A model generated the notes under the pieces. The model had not been told where the DNA came from, searched no databases, and saw nothing but the letters and a program-made list of their open reading frames with translations. Positions 45,559 through 54,907 of a DNA stretch of 64,000 nt are shown one piece after another. The position numbers were made by a program, and so were the translations under genes. This DNA is from an uncultured Actinomycetota bacterium. GTDB taxonomy: Bacteria; Actinomycetota; UBA4738; HRBIN12. The stretch spans positions 35,301 to 99,300 of the forward strand of contig CAVXMB010000001.1 in NCBI GenBank assembly GCA_963762745.1. The letters run 5' to 3'. How positions within the stretch are numbered: position 1 is the first letter of the stretch; every line of letters starts with the position of its first letter.

Positions 45559-48420
45559 ATGGCCACGACCGTCCGGATCCCCTATGCGCGGCGCCGCTGG
45601 CCCGTGGTGGCGATCGCCGTCCTCGTGGCCGGGTTCATCCTCCTGTCGTTCCTCTCGAACTTCTACGTGGATGTCCTCTGGTACCGGGAGGTGGGCCTCT
45701 CGCAGGTCTTCTGGACACGGATCTGGGCGCAGACGGGGCTCGCGGCCGCTTTCTTCATCACGTTCTTCGCGCTCCTCCTGGTCAACCTTTATGTGACTCG
45801 CCGGTTGGCCCCGACGATCGTCGCCCTGACGCCCGAGCAGGAGATCGTCGAACGGTTCCGGGAGAACATCGAGCCGTACCTCCGGTGGGCCCTCCCGCTC
45901 GGCGCCGCCGTCCTCGCCCTCTTCGTCGGCCTCGCGGCGTCGGGTCATTGGCAGGAGTTCTTGCTCTGGCGTTCGTCCGGCGGGATCGAGTTCGGCAACC
46001 CGGAGGCGGTCTTCGGCCGGGACCCGGCCTTCTACGTCTTCACGCTTCCGTGGCTGAAGTACCTGCAGGGCTGGTTGTTCGGAGCGCTGGTCGGGGTCAC
46101 GGTGATCGTCGGGCTCGGTCACTTCCTCCAGGGAGGGATCAGGCCCCAAGCCGTGGGCCTGAGCGACAAGGTCGATCCGCAGGTGCGCGCCCACCTCTCG
46201 GTGCTCCTTGGGCTCGTGCTCCTGGCGAAGGCCTGGGGCTACTGGCTCGGACGCTTCGATCTCCTCACGTCGGAGCGCGGCGTGGTCCACGGCGCGTCCT
46301 ACACGGACGTCAATGCGCAGCTGCCGGCGTTGACGTTCCTCGCGATCGTGGCGGTGATCTGCGCCGTGCTCTTCTTCGTGAACGCGCGGTATCGGGTCTG
46401 GAGCCTGCCGATCATCGCCGTCGGGCTGCTCCTCCTGGTGTCGATCCTCCTCGGAACCGCCTATCCCGCCTTCATCCAGCAGTTCCGGGTCGCACCGAAC
46501 GAGCAGCAGAGGGAGCTGCCGTACATCGAGCGGAACATCGCCGGGACGCGACGGGCGTTCGGCCTCGACGAGATCCGGCTCGAAGAGAGACCGTTCGAGA
46601 GTCGCGTTTCGGCCGAGGACGCTGAGGCCAACGAGGCGACCATCGCGAACATCCGCCTGTGGCGCCCTTCCGTGCTCAAAGAGAACTTCGAGTCGGTCCA
46701 GCGCATCCGGCAGTACTACGACTTCGCCGACGTCGACGTGGATCGCTACGAGATCGACGGCGAGCGCCGCGTGCTGATGGTGTCAGGTCGCGAGGTCACC
46801 CAGGAGGGCATCAGCCAGACGGCGAAGACCTGGCAGAACCAACACCTCGTCTACACGCATGGGTTCGGTGCGGTCGGCGCACAGGTGAACGCAACCACGT
46901 CGGACGGCGCGCCACTCCTCACGCTCGAAGACATCCCGCCCGAAGGTGAGCCGACGACCGAGCAGCCACGCATCTACTACGGCGAGATCGATGAAGTGGA
47001 ATTCGTGGTCGTCAATTCCCTCACCGAGGAGCTCGACTACGAGGGTGCCTCGGGCGAGACGCCGTTCGTGTACGACGGGCGGGGCGGGATCGAGCTCGGT
47101 GGTTTCTTCCGGCGGGCGCTGTTCGCGTGGCGCCATCGAGACGCGAACCTGCTGATCTCGGGCCAGATCGACGCCGACAGCCGGATCATCATCAACCGGA
47201 GCATCCAGGCGAGAGCCGCCGATCCGGTCCCGTTCCTCACGTTCGACAACGACCCGTACATGGCGGTGACGTCGAAGGGGTACGTGTGGATCTGGGACGC
47301 ATACACCACGTCGGACGGATACCCCTACTCCCAGGCGGTGGATCTGGCCGAGGTGACCGCCGGCCTCCTCTCGGACCAGGAGGTGAACTACATGCGGAAC
47401 TCGGTGAAGGCGGTGGTGGACGCGTACGACGGCACCGTCACCTACTACGCGGACCTCGACGAGCCCGTCATGCAGGCGTGGGCCGCCGCGTTCCCCGGCG
47501 TGTTCACCTCGATCGAGGATGCTCCGGATGAGCTGCGAGCCCACTTCCGCTACCCGGAGAACCTCTTCCAGGCCCAGGCGTTCCAGTTCGCCAACTATCA
47601 CGTCGAGGAGCCGGCCGCGTTCTACCGCAAGCAGGACTTCTGGGAGATCCCGCCCGACCCCACGCTGCAGGGGGAGGCATCCGCTCCGGACGGATCCCCC
47701 GCGTCGGGCCCTGCCTCGAGTTCGAGCAAGCTGCTGCCGAGCTACCAGCTCATGAAGATCCCCGGCGAGCGCGTGGAGCGATTCCACCTCGTGATCCCCT
47801 TCCAGCCGGAGAACCGATTGAACATGGTCGGCTGGATGGCCTCGAACTCCGACCCGGAGGGATACGGGGAGCTCGTTGCCTTCACGCTCCCGTCGGGCCG
47901 CGACGTGGACGGGCCGGGGCTCGTGTTCTCGCGTGTCAACTCCGACGAGGAGTTCTCCGAGGTGCGGACGCTGCTGGATTCCGGGGGATCGAAGGTGATC
48001 TTCGGGGACCTGCTGACCATCCCCATCGAGGACTCGATCCTGTACGTGCTCCCCGTCTACGTCAGGGCGGCGGGGGCGTCGGCCGTCCCCGAACTCGAGC
48101 TGGTGTTGGTCGTCAACGGCTCCACCGTGACGCTGGCTGGCTCGCTACCGGAAGCGATCGCGGATGCCACGGGCGCCGTCACCGGTGAGGAACCGCCGCC
48201 TCCTCCGGACGGCGGCGAGGGCACGGTGCAGCAGCAGGTCGAGCGGCTGCTGTCCCAAGCCGTAACGCATTTCGCGGCTGCGCAGGAGGCCTTGCGCAAC
48301 GGCGACCTCGCCGCGTACCAGTCCGAGCAGGAGCAGGCCCAAGCGCTCGTCGAGCAAGCGAACGAGCTGCTCTCCGGCGGCTCCGGTGAGCCCTCGCCCT
48401 CGCCCTCGGCGACCCCCTAG
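45559..48420 (+). CDS. UPF0182-family large membrane protein
   Basis: 953 aa. N-terminal 'FYVDVLWYREVGLSQVFWTRI' with multiple TMs and a large extracytoplasmic domain. The PDZ-Lon + UPF0182 adjacency is as I recall it in mycobacteria. Confidence 0.85.
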   Translation: MATTVRIPYARRRWPVVAIAVLVAGFILLSFLSNFYVDVLWYREVGLSQVFWTRIWAQTGLAAAFFITFFALLLVNLYVTRRLAPTIVALTPEQEIVERFRENIEPYLRWALPLGAAVLALFVGLAASGHWQEFLLWRSSGGIEFGNPEAVFGRDPAFYVFTLPWLKYLQGWLFGALVGVTVIVGLGHFLQGGIRPQAVGLSDKVDPQVRAHLSVLLGLVLLAKAWGYWLGRFDLLTSERGVVHGASYTDVNAQLPALTFLAIVAVICAVLFFVNARYRVWSLPIIAVGLLLLVSILLGTAYPAFIQQFRVAPNEQQRELPYIERNIAGTRRAFGLDEIRLEERPFESRVSAEDAEANEATIANIRLWRPSVLKENFESVQRIRQYYDFADVDVDRYEIDGERRVLMVSGREVTQEGISQTAKTWQNQHLVYTHGFGAVGAQVNATTSDGAPLLTLEDIPPEGEPTTEQPRIYYGEIDEVEFVVVNSLTEELDYEGASGETPFVYDGRGGIELGGFFRRALFAWRHRDANLLISGQIDADSRIIINRSIQARAADPVPFLTFDNDPYMAVTSKGYVWIWDAYTTSDGYPYSQAVDLAEVTAGLLSDQEVNYMRNSVKAVVDAYDGTVTYYADLDEPVMQAWAAAFPGVFTSIEDAPDELRAHFRYPENLFQAQAFQFANYHVEEPAAFYRKQDFWEIPPDPTLQGEASAPDGSPASGPASSSSKLLPSYQLMKIPGERVERFHLVIPFQPENRLNMVGWMASNSDPEGYGELVAFTLPSGRDVDGPGLVFSRVNSDEEFSEVRTLLDSGGSKVIFGDLLTIPIEDSILYVLPVYVRAAGASAVPELELVLVVNGSTVTLAGSLPEAIADATGAVTGEEPPPPPDGGEGTVQQQVERLLSQAVTHFAAAQEALRNGDLAAYQSEQEQAQALVEQANELLSGGSGEPSPSPSATP

Positions 48421-49979
48421 CCCGGCAGACGGAACTCGGGTTCGGCCTCGAGCTCCGCCGTGTCCATCTGGGCCTTCTGGAGGTGCCCCGAGTAGTCCCA
48501 GTTCATCGCCTGCCACTTGGTGAACTGGTCGAGCACCCAGAGCCCCGACTGCCGGCTCCCGTTGCCGGAGCGTCCGTTGCCGCCGAACGGCAGGTGCGCC
48601 TCCGCGCCCGACGTCGAGTTGTTCACGCTCACCATCCCTGCGGAGATCCGATCGCGGAAGCGGAACACATGGAGAGGGTCGTTCGTGTAGATGCTGCTCG
48701 ACAGCCCGTAGCCGTGGTTATTGGCGAGCTCGATCGCCTCGTCGAACGTGTCGAAGGACGCGACGCCGACGATCGGTCCGAACGTCTCCGTCCGGGAGAG
48801 GTCGTCATCGAGCGTGACGCCGTCGACGATCACCGGGTGGTAGTAGAGGCCGGCCTCCGGATCGCCGACGAAGCCGGTCCGTGGGTTCGCCCGTGTGATG
48901 CGGCCGGTCCCGTCCGAGCCGGAGACGAAGTGGTGCGGGCGGATCAGCTCGAGCCAGTGTTCGAACCGTTCGCAGAACCGGGCCGAGATCATCGGACCGT
49001 AGAGGACATCTTCGGTGGGGTCGCCGATCGGCGCGTCCGTCGCGGCCTTCGTGAAACGCGCAACGAAGTCGTCGTGCACGTCGCGGTGGACGATCGCGGT
49101 GCCGAGCGACGTGCAGCGTTGCCCGGCGGTGCCGAAGCCGCTGAAGAGAGCGCCCTCGACGGCGAGATCGAGGTCGGCGTCTGGCATCACGACGAGGGGG
49201 TTCTTCCCGCCGAGCTCCAGACAGGGGGACTGCAGGTGGCGTCCGCACAGCTCGCCGATCCGCCTGCCGACCTCGGACGACCCCGTGAAGCCCACCTTGT
49301 CGAGCACCTCCTCGTCGAGAGCGCGCTCCATCCCCTCGAATGTCGGCGCTCCCTCGGCGAGCACGAGCTGGAAGACGCCCGTCGGGATCCCGGCATGCAG
49401 GATCAGCTGCGCGAACGCTTCGGCGGTCGCGGGGGTGTACTCGGCCGGCTTCCAGACGATCGTGTTCCCGCAGACGAGTGCCGGGACGATGTACCAAGAC
49501 GGCACCGCGACGGGGAAGTTCCCGGCGGTCACGATCGCGGCGGTCCCCACAGGAGTACGGAACGTGAACAATTGCTTGTCGGGCATCTCCGACGGCACCG
49601 TCTGTCCGTAGAGACGCCTCCCTTCGCCCAGGAAGAAGTTGCAGGTGTCGACGACCTCCTGGACCTCGCCGCGCGATTCCTTGATCGGCTTGCCGATCTC
49701 GCGCGTGATGAGTTGCGAGAGTGCCTCGAAGTTCTGCTCCACCAACCGTCCGAGGTTCTGGATCGCTCGGCCTCGCACCGGCGCCGGGATCGACGCCCAT
49801 CCGGGCTGCGCGGCCTTCGCACGGCGGCACGCATCGAGGAACGTGCCGGCGTCGCCGAGGTGCGCTTCCGCGACGGTCTCGTCGAGGTGGGCCGGGTTCG
49901 GGACGGTGAGCGTCCCTCCGGGCACGCTCTCCAGCGGCTCGCCGTCCAGGAGAGATGTGACGGTTCGGGTCGTCCCCAT
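48417..49979 (-). CDS. NAD(P)-dependent aldehyde dehydrogenase
   Basis: Start at MGTTRTVTSLLDGEPL (520 aa), the 3' part of track ORF 48417..50501. 'ELGGKNP' and catalytic Cys 'GQRCTS'. Confidence 0.85.
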   Translation of the reverse strand: MGTTRTVTSLLDGEPLESVPGGTLTVPNPAHLDETVAEAHLGDAGTFLDACRRAKAAQPGWASIPAPVRGRAIQNLGRLVEQNFEALSQLITREIGKPIKESRGEVQEVVDTCNFFLGEGRRLYGQTVPSEMPDKQLFTFRTPVGTAAIVTAGNFPVAVPSWYIVPALVCGNTIVWKPAEYTPATAEAFAQLILHAGIPTGVFQLVLAEGAPTFEGMERALDEEVLDKVGFTGSSEVGRRIGELCGRHLQSPCLELGGKNPLVVMPDADLDLAVEGALFSGFGTAGQRCTSLGTAIVHRDVHDDFVARFTKAATDAPIGDPTEDVLYGPMISARFCERFEHWLELIRPHHFVSGSDGTGRITRANPRTGFVGDPEAGLYYHPVIVDGVTLDDDLSRTETFGPIVGVASFDTFDEAIELANNHGYGLSSSIYTNDPLHVFRFRDRISAGMVSVNNSTSGAEAHLPFGGNGRSGNGSRQSGLWVLDQFTKWQAMNWDYSGHLQKAQMDTAELEAEPEFRLPG

Positions 49980-50066
49980 GCGCGAGATCGATGCTATCGG
50001 AGAGTGCCTCGAGCTGCGGTTGGCGCCGAGGTTCCTCGGGTAGGGTTGGTCCGAAGGAGTGATGAC

Positions 50067-50387
50067 ATGGCATACGTGATCGCGGAACCCTGCATCGACG
50101 TCAAGGACAAGGCTTGCGTGGACGAGTGTCCGGTCGACTGCATCTACGAAGGCCCGAGGATGCTCTACATCCACCCCGACGAGTGCGTCGACTGCGATGC
50201 CTGTGTGCCCGTCTGCCCCGTGACCGCCATCTTCCCCGAGGACGACCTTCCGGGGGAGTGGAAGCAGTTCACGGCTGTGAACGCCGAGTGGTTCGAGACC
50301 ACCGGCCTGGGCTCGCCCGGTGGCGCCGCCCAAGCAGGGCCACAGGCGAAGGACCATCCGGTCGTCGAGGGCTGGCAAGCCGTCTAG
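50067..50387 (+). CDS. fdxA: 7Fe-type ferredoxin
   Basis: MAYVIAEPCIDVKDKACVDECPVDCIYEG...CVDCDACVPVCPV (106 aa). RBS GAAGGAG. It is the 3' part of track ORF 48483..50387. Confidence 0.9.
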   Translation: MAYVIAEPCIDVKDKACVDECPVDCIYEGPRMLYIHPDECVDCDACVPVCPVTAIFPEDDLPGEWKQFTAVNAEWFETTGLGSPGGAAQAGPQAKDHPVVEGWQAV

Positions 50388-50451
50388 TCGTCTGCGCGCC
50401 ACGCCGGAGATCCCTCTGCTCCTCCTTCCCGTGGTGCAGGATGGGCGCCGG

Positions 50452-51927
50452 ATGCTCCTCCCACGGGACTCCGAGGTCATGTTGGCCCGTCGCTTGGTCA
50501 TGGTGGTCGGCCTGGCCTACCTCGTAGCGCAACTCATCGCCTTCTCTCTCGACCGACCCCCGAGCTGGGACGAGGCGATCTACCTCTCGCAGGTTGCGCC
50601 CGGCGCCGAGCCGTTGCCCTTCGTCCCGTCGCGTGCGCGAGGCGTCACGTTCCTCGCCCTTCCGGTTCTGCAGCTCGGAGGCTCCCTCGCGCAGCTTCGG
50701 CTCTTCCTCGCCGTCGCGTCGGCGGCGGCACTCATCGCCTCGTTCCGGCTGTGGGTCCCCGTCATCGGCTTCGGCGCTGTGGCTGCGGCGGTCCTCTTCG
50801 CCGGCGCCTGGCCGGTCTTGTTCTACGGGTCGGAGCTCATGCCGAACCTGTGGATGGCGTTGATCGGCGTGGCCGCGATCGCCGTCCTCGCCCGCCGGCT
50901 CGCACGTGGTGAAGGCCGCGCCGACGAGCTGGTCGCCGGCGGGCTCGTCGCGGTCGCGGCCCTGATCCGTCCGCTCGACGCCGTCGTGTTGACGGCTGCG
51001 CTCGTTCTGGTCCCGCTCGCCGCGCGCCGGGCGACGGTTTCGTGGATCGTCCATCTCGTGCTCGGCCTCCTCGCCGGGTGGGCGCCCTGGCTGGTGGAGA
51101 TGACCGCGCGGTTCGGGTCCCCGTGGGAGGCGTTCGGGGCGGCCGCCCGGCTCGGGCACACCGGACGATGGTCACTCCTCGAGAATGCCCGCCAGTACCT
51201 CGCGCTCAGCGACGGCCCGTCGATCGGGCCGGTCGCCGAACCGAACATCCCAGCCTCCGGGATGCTCTGGCTGATCGGCTTCGGGTTGCTGATCGTCATC
51301 GGGGTTCGAGCGGCGGGCAGGCGAGGTCTCCTGTGGTCTCTGGTCGTTGCGGTCGCAGCGGGGCTGGCCCTCGGGGCCGAATACGTGCTGCTGACCGACG
51401 CCCAGGCTCCCCGGTTCCTGTTGCCCGCACTGGCGCTCTTGTCCATCCCCGCCGGCCTCGGACTGGCGACGATCGTCGCGGGGGTCAGGGATCGTGAGGC
51501 GCCGGCTGTCGGACGGACGGTGGCGGCCGTGGGCGCGTCGATCCTCGTGCTCGCGTGGGCCGTCGTGCAGCTCGGGATCGCAGCCAGGGTTGAAGCGGGT
51601 GTGACCGGGCAGCGCGCCTCGGCGCAACGAGTGGGCCTCGAGATCCGCGGCCTCGCGGCGGGGGAGCGGTGTCACGTCTACAGCGAAAGCAGCTTCCCGA
51701 TCGTCGGCTATGCGGCCGGATGTCGCGCAGCCCCGCTCGGGAATGTCCTCGCGGCATGGAAGGACCGGTCGGGTCGCCTCGAACGACAGGGAACGCATGT
51801 GTTCCTCCTACTCCATCGGCCCGAAGGGGTCACACCGCCCGAGAGCACCGCGTTGCTCGCAGAGGTTCCGTCTGAGGGTGAGCTCACGTGGTTCATCTAC
51901 GGTGTCGCCGATCGTCTTCCGGTGTGA
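50452..51927 (+). CDS. polytopic membrane protein, GT-C/ArnT-like glycosyltransferase candidate
   Basis: About 490 aa with more than 10 TM helices and an early 'PPSWDEAIY' loop, as in family-39/83-like glycosyltransferases. Start uncertain (ATG 50452 or GTG 50431). Function call weak. Confidence 0.55.
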   Translation: MLLPRDSEVMLARRLVMVVGLAYLVAQLIAFSLDRPPSWDEAIYLSQVAPGAEPLPFVPSRARGVTFLALPVLQLGGSLAQLRLFLAVASAAALIASFRLWVPVIGFGAVAAAVLFAGAWPVLFYGSELMPNLWMALIGVAAIAVLARRLARGEGRADELVAGGLVAVAALIRPLDAVVLTAALVLVPLAARRATVSWIVHLVLGLLAGWAPWLVEMTARFGSPWEAFGAAARLGHTGRWSLLENARQYLALSDGPSIGPVAEPNIPASGMLWLIGFGLLIVIGVRAAGRRGLLWSLVVAVAAGLALGAEYVLLTDAQAPRFLLPALALLSIPAGLGLATIVAGVRDREAPAVGRTVAAVGASILVLAWAVVQLGIAARVEAGVTGQRASAQRVGLEIRGLAAGERCHVYSESSFPIVGYAAGCRAAPLGNVLAAWKDRSGRLERQGTHVFLLLHRPEGVTPPESTALLAEVPSEGELTWFIYGVADRLPV

Positions 51928-51932
51928 TCACC

Positions 51933-52817
51933 TCACGAGGGTGCGTCGCGCCGGGCTCGGTTGCGATGCCACAGCCACCGCAAGCCGGCGATCCATGCGA
52001 GCTCCGCCGCGGGAACCGCGGGCAGGACGAGCCACGGCGAGACGAACCACGCGGGCACGGCGAAGAGGATCCAGCTGATGATCCGGAGCGGCCACGCGGG
52101 CTTCCCCCGGTAGATGACGTCGGTCACCCTCCACAACCGGAACCTGATCCATGCCGTCCCGCCCGACCGGTAGAGGACTCCTTCAGAGCCCTTCATCCGC
52201 TCGGCCCGGGTTCCGGCGGGTTGGATCGTGAACGGAGACCCTTGCGGGATCCTCCGACGCTCGAGCTCGGCTCGGATAGCGAGCAAGACGGGGTTCGTGT
52301 GTTTCCCGAACCCGTAGCTCGTCGTCGTTCGGGTCACCGTCGCTTCCCGATCCCCCCAAGGGATCAAGAGGAGCTTCCGCACGGGAACGAGGTCGATCCG
52401 GCTACGCGGTAGGTGCTCGGCTCTGAGGGTCGGACGGGAGTCATGCTTCGCACCCAGCGACCATCCGGTGATCTCGTCGAACGGCAGTTCATCCACCACC
52501 CATTCGCCGCGACGCGGAGGGTCGCGCAGCGCTCGCGCATCGAGGATGCGCCGATCCGTTACGAAGGGATGGTTCCGCCTCCGTGCGACGATGCGCTCAC
52601 CCGGGTCCAGCGCCGACTCCAGGAAGGCATCTCGCTCCGCGAGCCGTCGAGCCCGTTCCTCGATCGAGCGTTGTCGAAGCCGCCGCGACTCGGCGCGAGA
52701 CGGACCTTCTTCGGAAGCACGCGAGATCGGCCCCGCCATCAGGCGAGGGTAGCCCTCGGCGTGGCAAGCGGAACGCGCCGAAGAGGCCCCCCGCACGTCA
52801 TCTGTCATCCGTGGCAC
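51933..52817 (-). CDS. hypothetical protein with C-terminal TM helices
   Basis: 294 aa, no family recognised. C-terminus 'IISWILFAVPAWFVSPWLVLPAVPAAELAWIAGL' is hydrophobic. Start uncertain. Confidence 0.45.
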   Translation of the reverse strand: MPRMTDDVRGASSARSACHAEGYPRLMAGPISRASEEGPSRAESRRLRQRSIEERARRLAERDAFLESALDPGERIVARRRNHPFVTDRRILDARALRDPPRRGEWVVDELPFDEITGWSLGAKHDSRPTLRAEHLPRSRIDLVPVRKLLLIPWGDREATVTRTTTSYGFGKHTNPVLLAIRAELERRRIPQGSPFTIQPAGTRAERMKGSEGVLYRSGGTAWIRFRLWRVTDVIYRGKPAWPLRIISWILFAVPAWFVSPWLVLPAVPAAELAWIAGLRWLWHRNRARRDAPS

Positions 52818-52835
52818 TCCTCGATATCCTGGTTC

Positions 52836-52909
52836 TGCGGGGTGGAGCAGTCCGGTAGCTCGCTGGGCTCATAACCCAGAGGTCGCAGGTTCAAATCCTG
52901 CCCCCGCGA
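52836..52909 (+). tRNA. tRNA-Met (CAU), initiator type
   Basis: Hand-folded cloverleaf. Acceptor strands are UGCGGGG / CCCCGCG. D arm has A11:U24. Anticodon stem has three G:C pairs (GGG-CUCAUAA-CCC). T arm is GCAGG-TTCAAAT-CCTGC, discriminator is A, and CCA is not encoded. Confidence 0.9.
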
Positions 52910-52916
52910 CGAACGG

Positions 52917-52945
52917 GTCGGGCGCCGCCGAAGGCGGCGCCCGAC
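52917..52945 (+). terminator. GC hairpin immediately downstream of the tRNA
   Basis: GTCGGGCGCCGCC (52917-29), gaa, GGCGGCGCCCGAC (52933-45). Perfect 13-bp stem, weak T content after it. Confidence 0.5.
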
Positions 52946-52980
52946 TCATCTCCATCCTCCTCGATGCCGATGACTGGCGG

Positions 52981-53622
52981 ATGGACTCGCGTGCTCCCGT
53001 CGCGCTGCCCTACGACATCCAGCGGCGCCTGAACGGTTACAAGGCGGTCGGGGCGCTGCTCCTGATCGCCGTGTGGGGCTGGTTCGCGCTCGTGAAGAAC
53101 GATCAGACGCCGATCCTCGTCTACCTGAACATCGCCGTGCACGAGAGCGGGCATGTCTTCTTCCGGCCGTTCGGTGAGCTGACGATGCTGATCATGGGGT
53201 CGGGGTTCGAGGTGCTCTTCCCGTTCGCGGTGGGTGCGGCGTTCCTCATCTGGAAGCGAGATCTCGTGCCGACCGCGGTGTGCTGGGGGTGGGCGGCCAG
53301 CGCGCTCGCGAGCGCCGCGACCTACATCGCGGACGCCGACGACGGACGCCTGGCCCTCCTCGGCGCCACGGGTCCCGATGCCGCCGGCGACTGGGAGCGG
53401 ATCTTGGGCGAGGAGTTCTTCGACAAGGTCTATCTCGCTGACTCGATCGCGGGCACGGTCCGGACCTTCGGCTACGCGCTCTGGTTCGTGGCGCTCGGTC
53501 TGGCCGTCTGGGCGATCGTCCGCAACCGGCTGCAGGAGAAGGCGGCGGACCCGACCCCCCGCCCGACGGCGAAGCCCACCTCGCCTCTCCCGGTCCTCGA
53601 CGGCGAGCAGATGTGGCGGTAG
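52981..53622 (+). CDS. membrane protein with HExxH motif (putative intramembrane metalloprotease-like)
   Basis: 213 aa with 5-6 TM helices. 'NIAVHESGHVFF' is an HExxH in a membrane context. Confidence 0.6.
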   Translation: MDSRAPVALPYDIQRRLNGYKAVGALLLIAVWGWFALVKNDQTPILVYLNIAVHESGHVFFRPFGELTMLIMGSGFEVLFPFAVGAAFLIWKRDLVPTAVCWGWAASALASAATYIADADDGRLALLGATGPDAAGDWERILGEEFFDKVYLADSIAGTVRTFGYALWFVALGLAVWAIVRNRLQEKAADPTPRPTAKPTSPLPVLDGEQMWR

Positions 53623-53691
53623 ACGGCCCGCATCAGGTCCGTTCTCGAGTTGGAGTACGATGCTCCGGCGTCGGACCCGAGGGAGCGCCCC

Positions 53692-54117
53692 ATGGCTGGA
53701 AGCACCGTCTTGACCGAATGGCTGCGGAAGGTGCCGTTGTTCTCCGCATGTTCGGCCCGTGAGTTGAAAGCGATCGCGGGGGTGGTGAAGGACGTGAGCC
53801 ACCCCAAAGGCACCGTCATCGCCACGGAAGGAGACCCGGGCGTCGGCCTCTTCGTGATCGTCGACGGAGAGGCGGAGGTCACGATCGGCGGCAAGCGCAT
53901 GGCGATCCTGCGCCGCGGCGACTTCTTCGGGGAGATCGCGCTCCTCGACGGCGGGCCTCGTTCGGCAACGGTCACCGCGCGCTCCGACCTCCGACTCCTC
54001 GGCCTCACCGAATGGGTGTTCCGAGGTCTCCTCCAGGAGCATCCCTCGATCGCGGTGAAGACCCTCGAGGCGATGGCAGGTCGGCTCCGGGCCGCGACGC
54101 AGGCCGCGACCGCGTAG
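53692..54117 (+). CDS. stand-alone cyclic-nucleotide-binding domain protein
   Basis: Start at MAGSTVLTEWLRKVPLF. 'GDFFGEIALLDGGPRSATVTA' is the canonical cNMP-binding cassette. No DNA-binding domain follows. Confidence 0.8.
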   Translation: MAGSTVLTEWLRKVPLFSACSARELKAIAGVVKDVSHPKGTVIATEGDPGVGLFVIVDGEAEVTIGGKRMAILRRGDFFGEIALLDGGPRSATVTARSDLRLLGLTEWVFRGLLQEHPSIAVKTLEAMAGRLRAATQAATA

Positions 54118-54130
54118 GCCGCGCCGGCCG

Positions 54131-54907
54131 ATGCCGGTCCTCACGCGCCCGGACGGCGTCGGCCTCTACTACGAGCTCCACGGTCCGGTCGACGCGCCGC
54201 CGCTGATCCTGCTGGAAGGGATGGGTGGCGACATCCCGGGTTGGCGCAGGAACATCCCGGTGCTCGCTCGTGCGCTTCGGGTCATCGCTTACGACTTCCG
54301 CGGGAACGGGAACAGCGACGAGCCGCCCGGCCCGGCGACGATGGCGACGTTCGTGGACGACACCCTCGCGCTGCTGGACGAGCTGGAGATCGATCGCGTC
54401 CATGTCTACGGCCAGTCGTTCGGCGGGATGGTGGCGCAGGAGATGGCGTTCACCCGCCCCGACCGCGTGTGGACACTGATCCTCGGATGCACCCACGCAG
54501 GGCGGCGCCATGCCGCACGGGGGAGTGGGTCGAAGGTGCCCAAGGGCGAGCCGTGGCGGGCGATGTATTCGCCCGGGTTCCCCGACCGCCATCCCGAGCA
54601 CGTGGCCGAGGACCTCCGGATCGGGGCCGCGCAGCCGAAACATCCCGAGGGTGGGCGGAGACAATGGGAAGCGATGCAGGATTTCGACAGCTTCGATCGG
54701 CTCCCCGGGCTCCAGGTGCCGACCCTCGTGCTGCACGGAACGGCCGACCTCGCCGTCTCGCCGGAGAACGCGAAGCTCCTCGCCGAGCGGATCCCGGGCG
54801 CCGAGCTCGTCCTGCTCGAGGGCGCCGGGCACCTGTACCACTCGGAGCAGGCAGCAGAAGCGGACGCGGCGGTCCTCGACTTCGTCCGGAGGCACGAACA
54901 TGCCTGA
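54131..54907 (+). CDS. alpha/beta hydrolase
   Basis: 258 aa. 'VIAYDFRGNGNSD', nucleophile elbow 'GQSFGGMVAQ', C-terminal 'GAGHL'. Confidence 0.85.
   Translation: MPVLTRPDGVGLYYELHGPVDAPPLILLEGMGGDIPGWRRNIPVLARALRVIAYDFRGNGNSDEPPGPATMATFVDDTLALLDELEIDRVHVYGQSFGGMVAQEMAFTRPDRVWTLILGCTHAGRRHAARGSGSKVPKGEPWRAMYSPGFPDRHPEHVAEDLRIGAAQPKHPEGGRRQWEAMQDFDSFDRLPGLQVPTLVLHGTADLAVSPENAKLLAERIPGAELVLLEGAGHLYHSEQAAEADAAVLDFVRRHEHA

Noticed and set aside
52800-54200. Genomic island or integrated element at the tRNA-Met gene
   Set aside because: No integrase, recombinase or phage genes were seen. No duplicated tRNA 3' segment was seen downstream, and there is no obvious compositional shift by eye.
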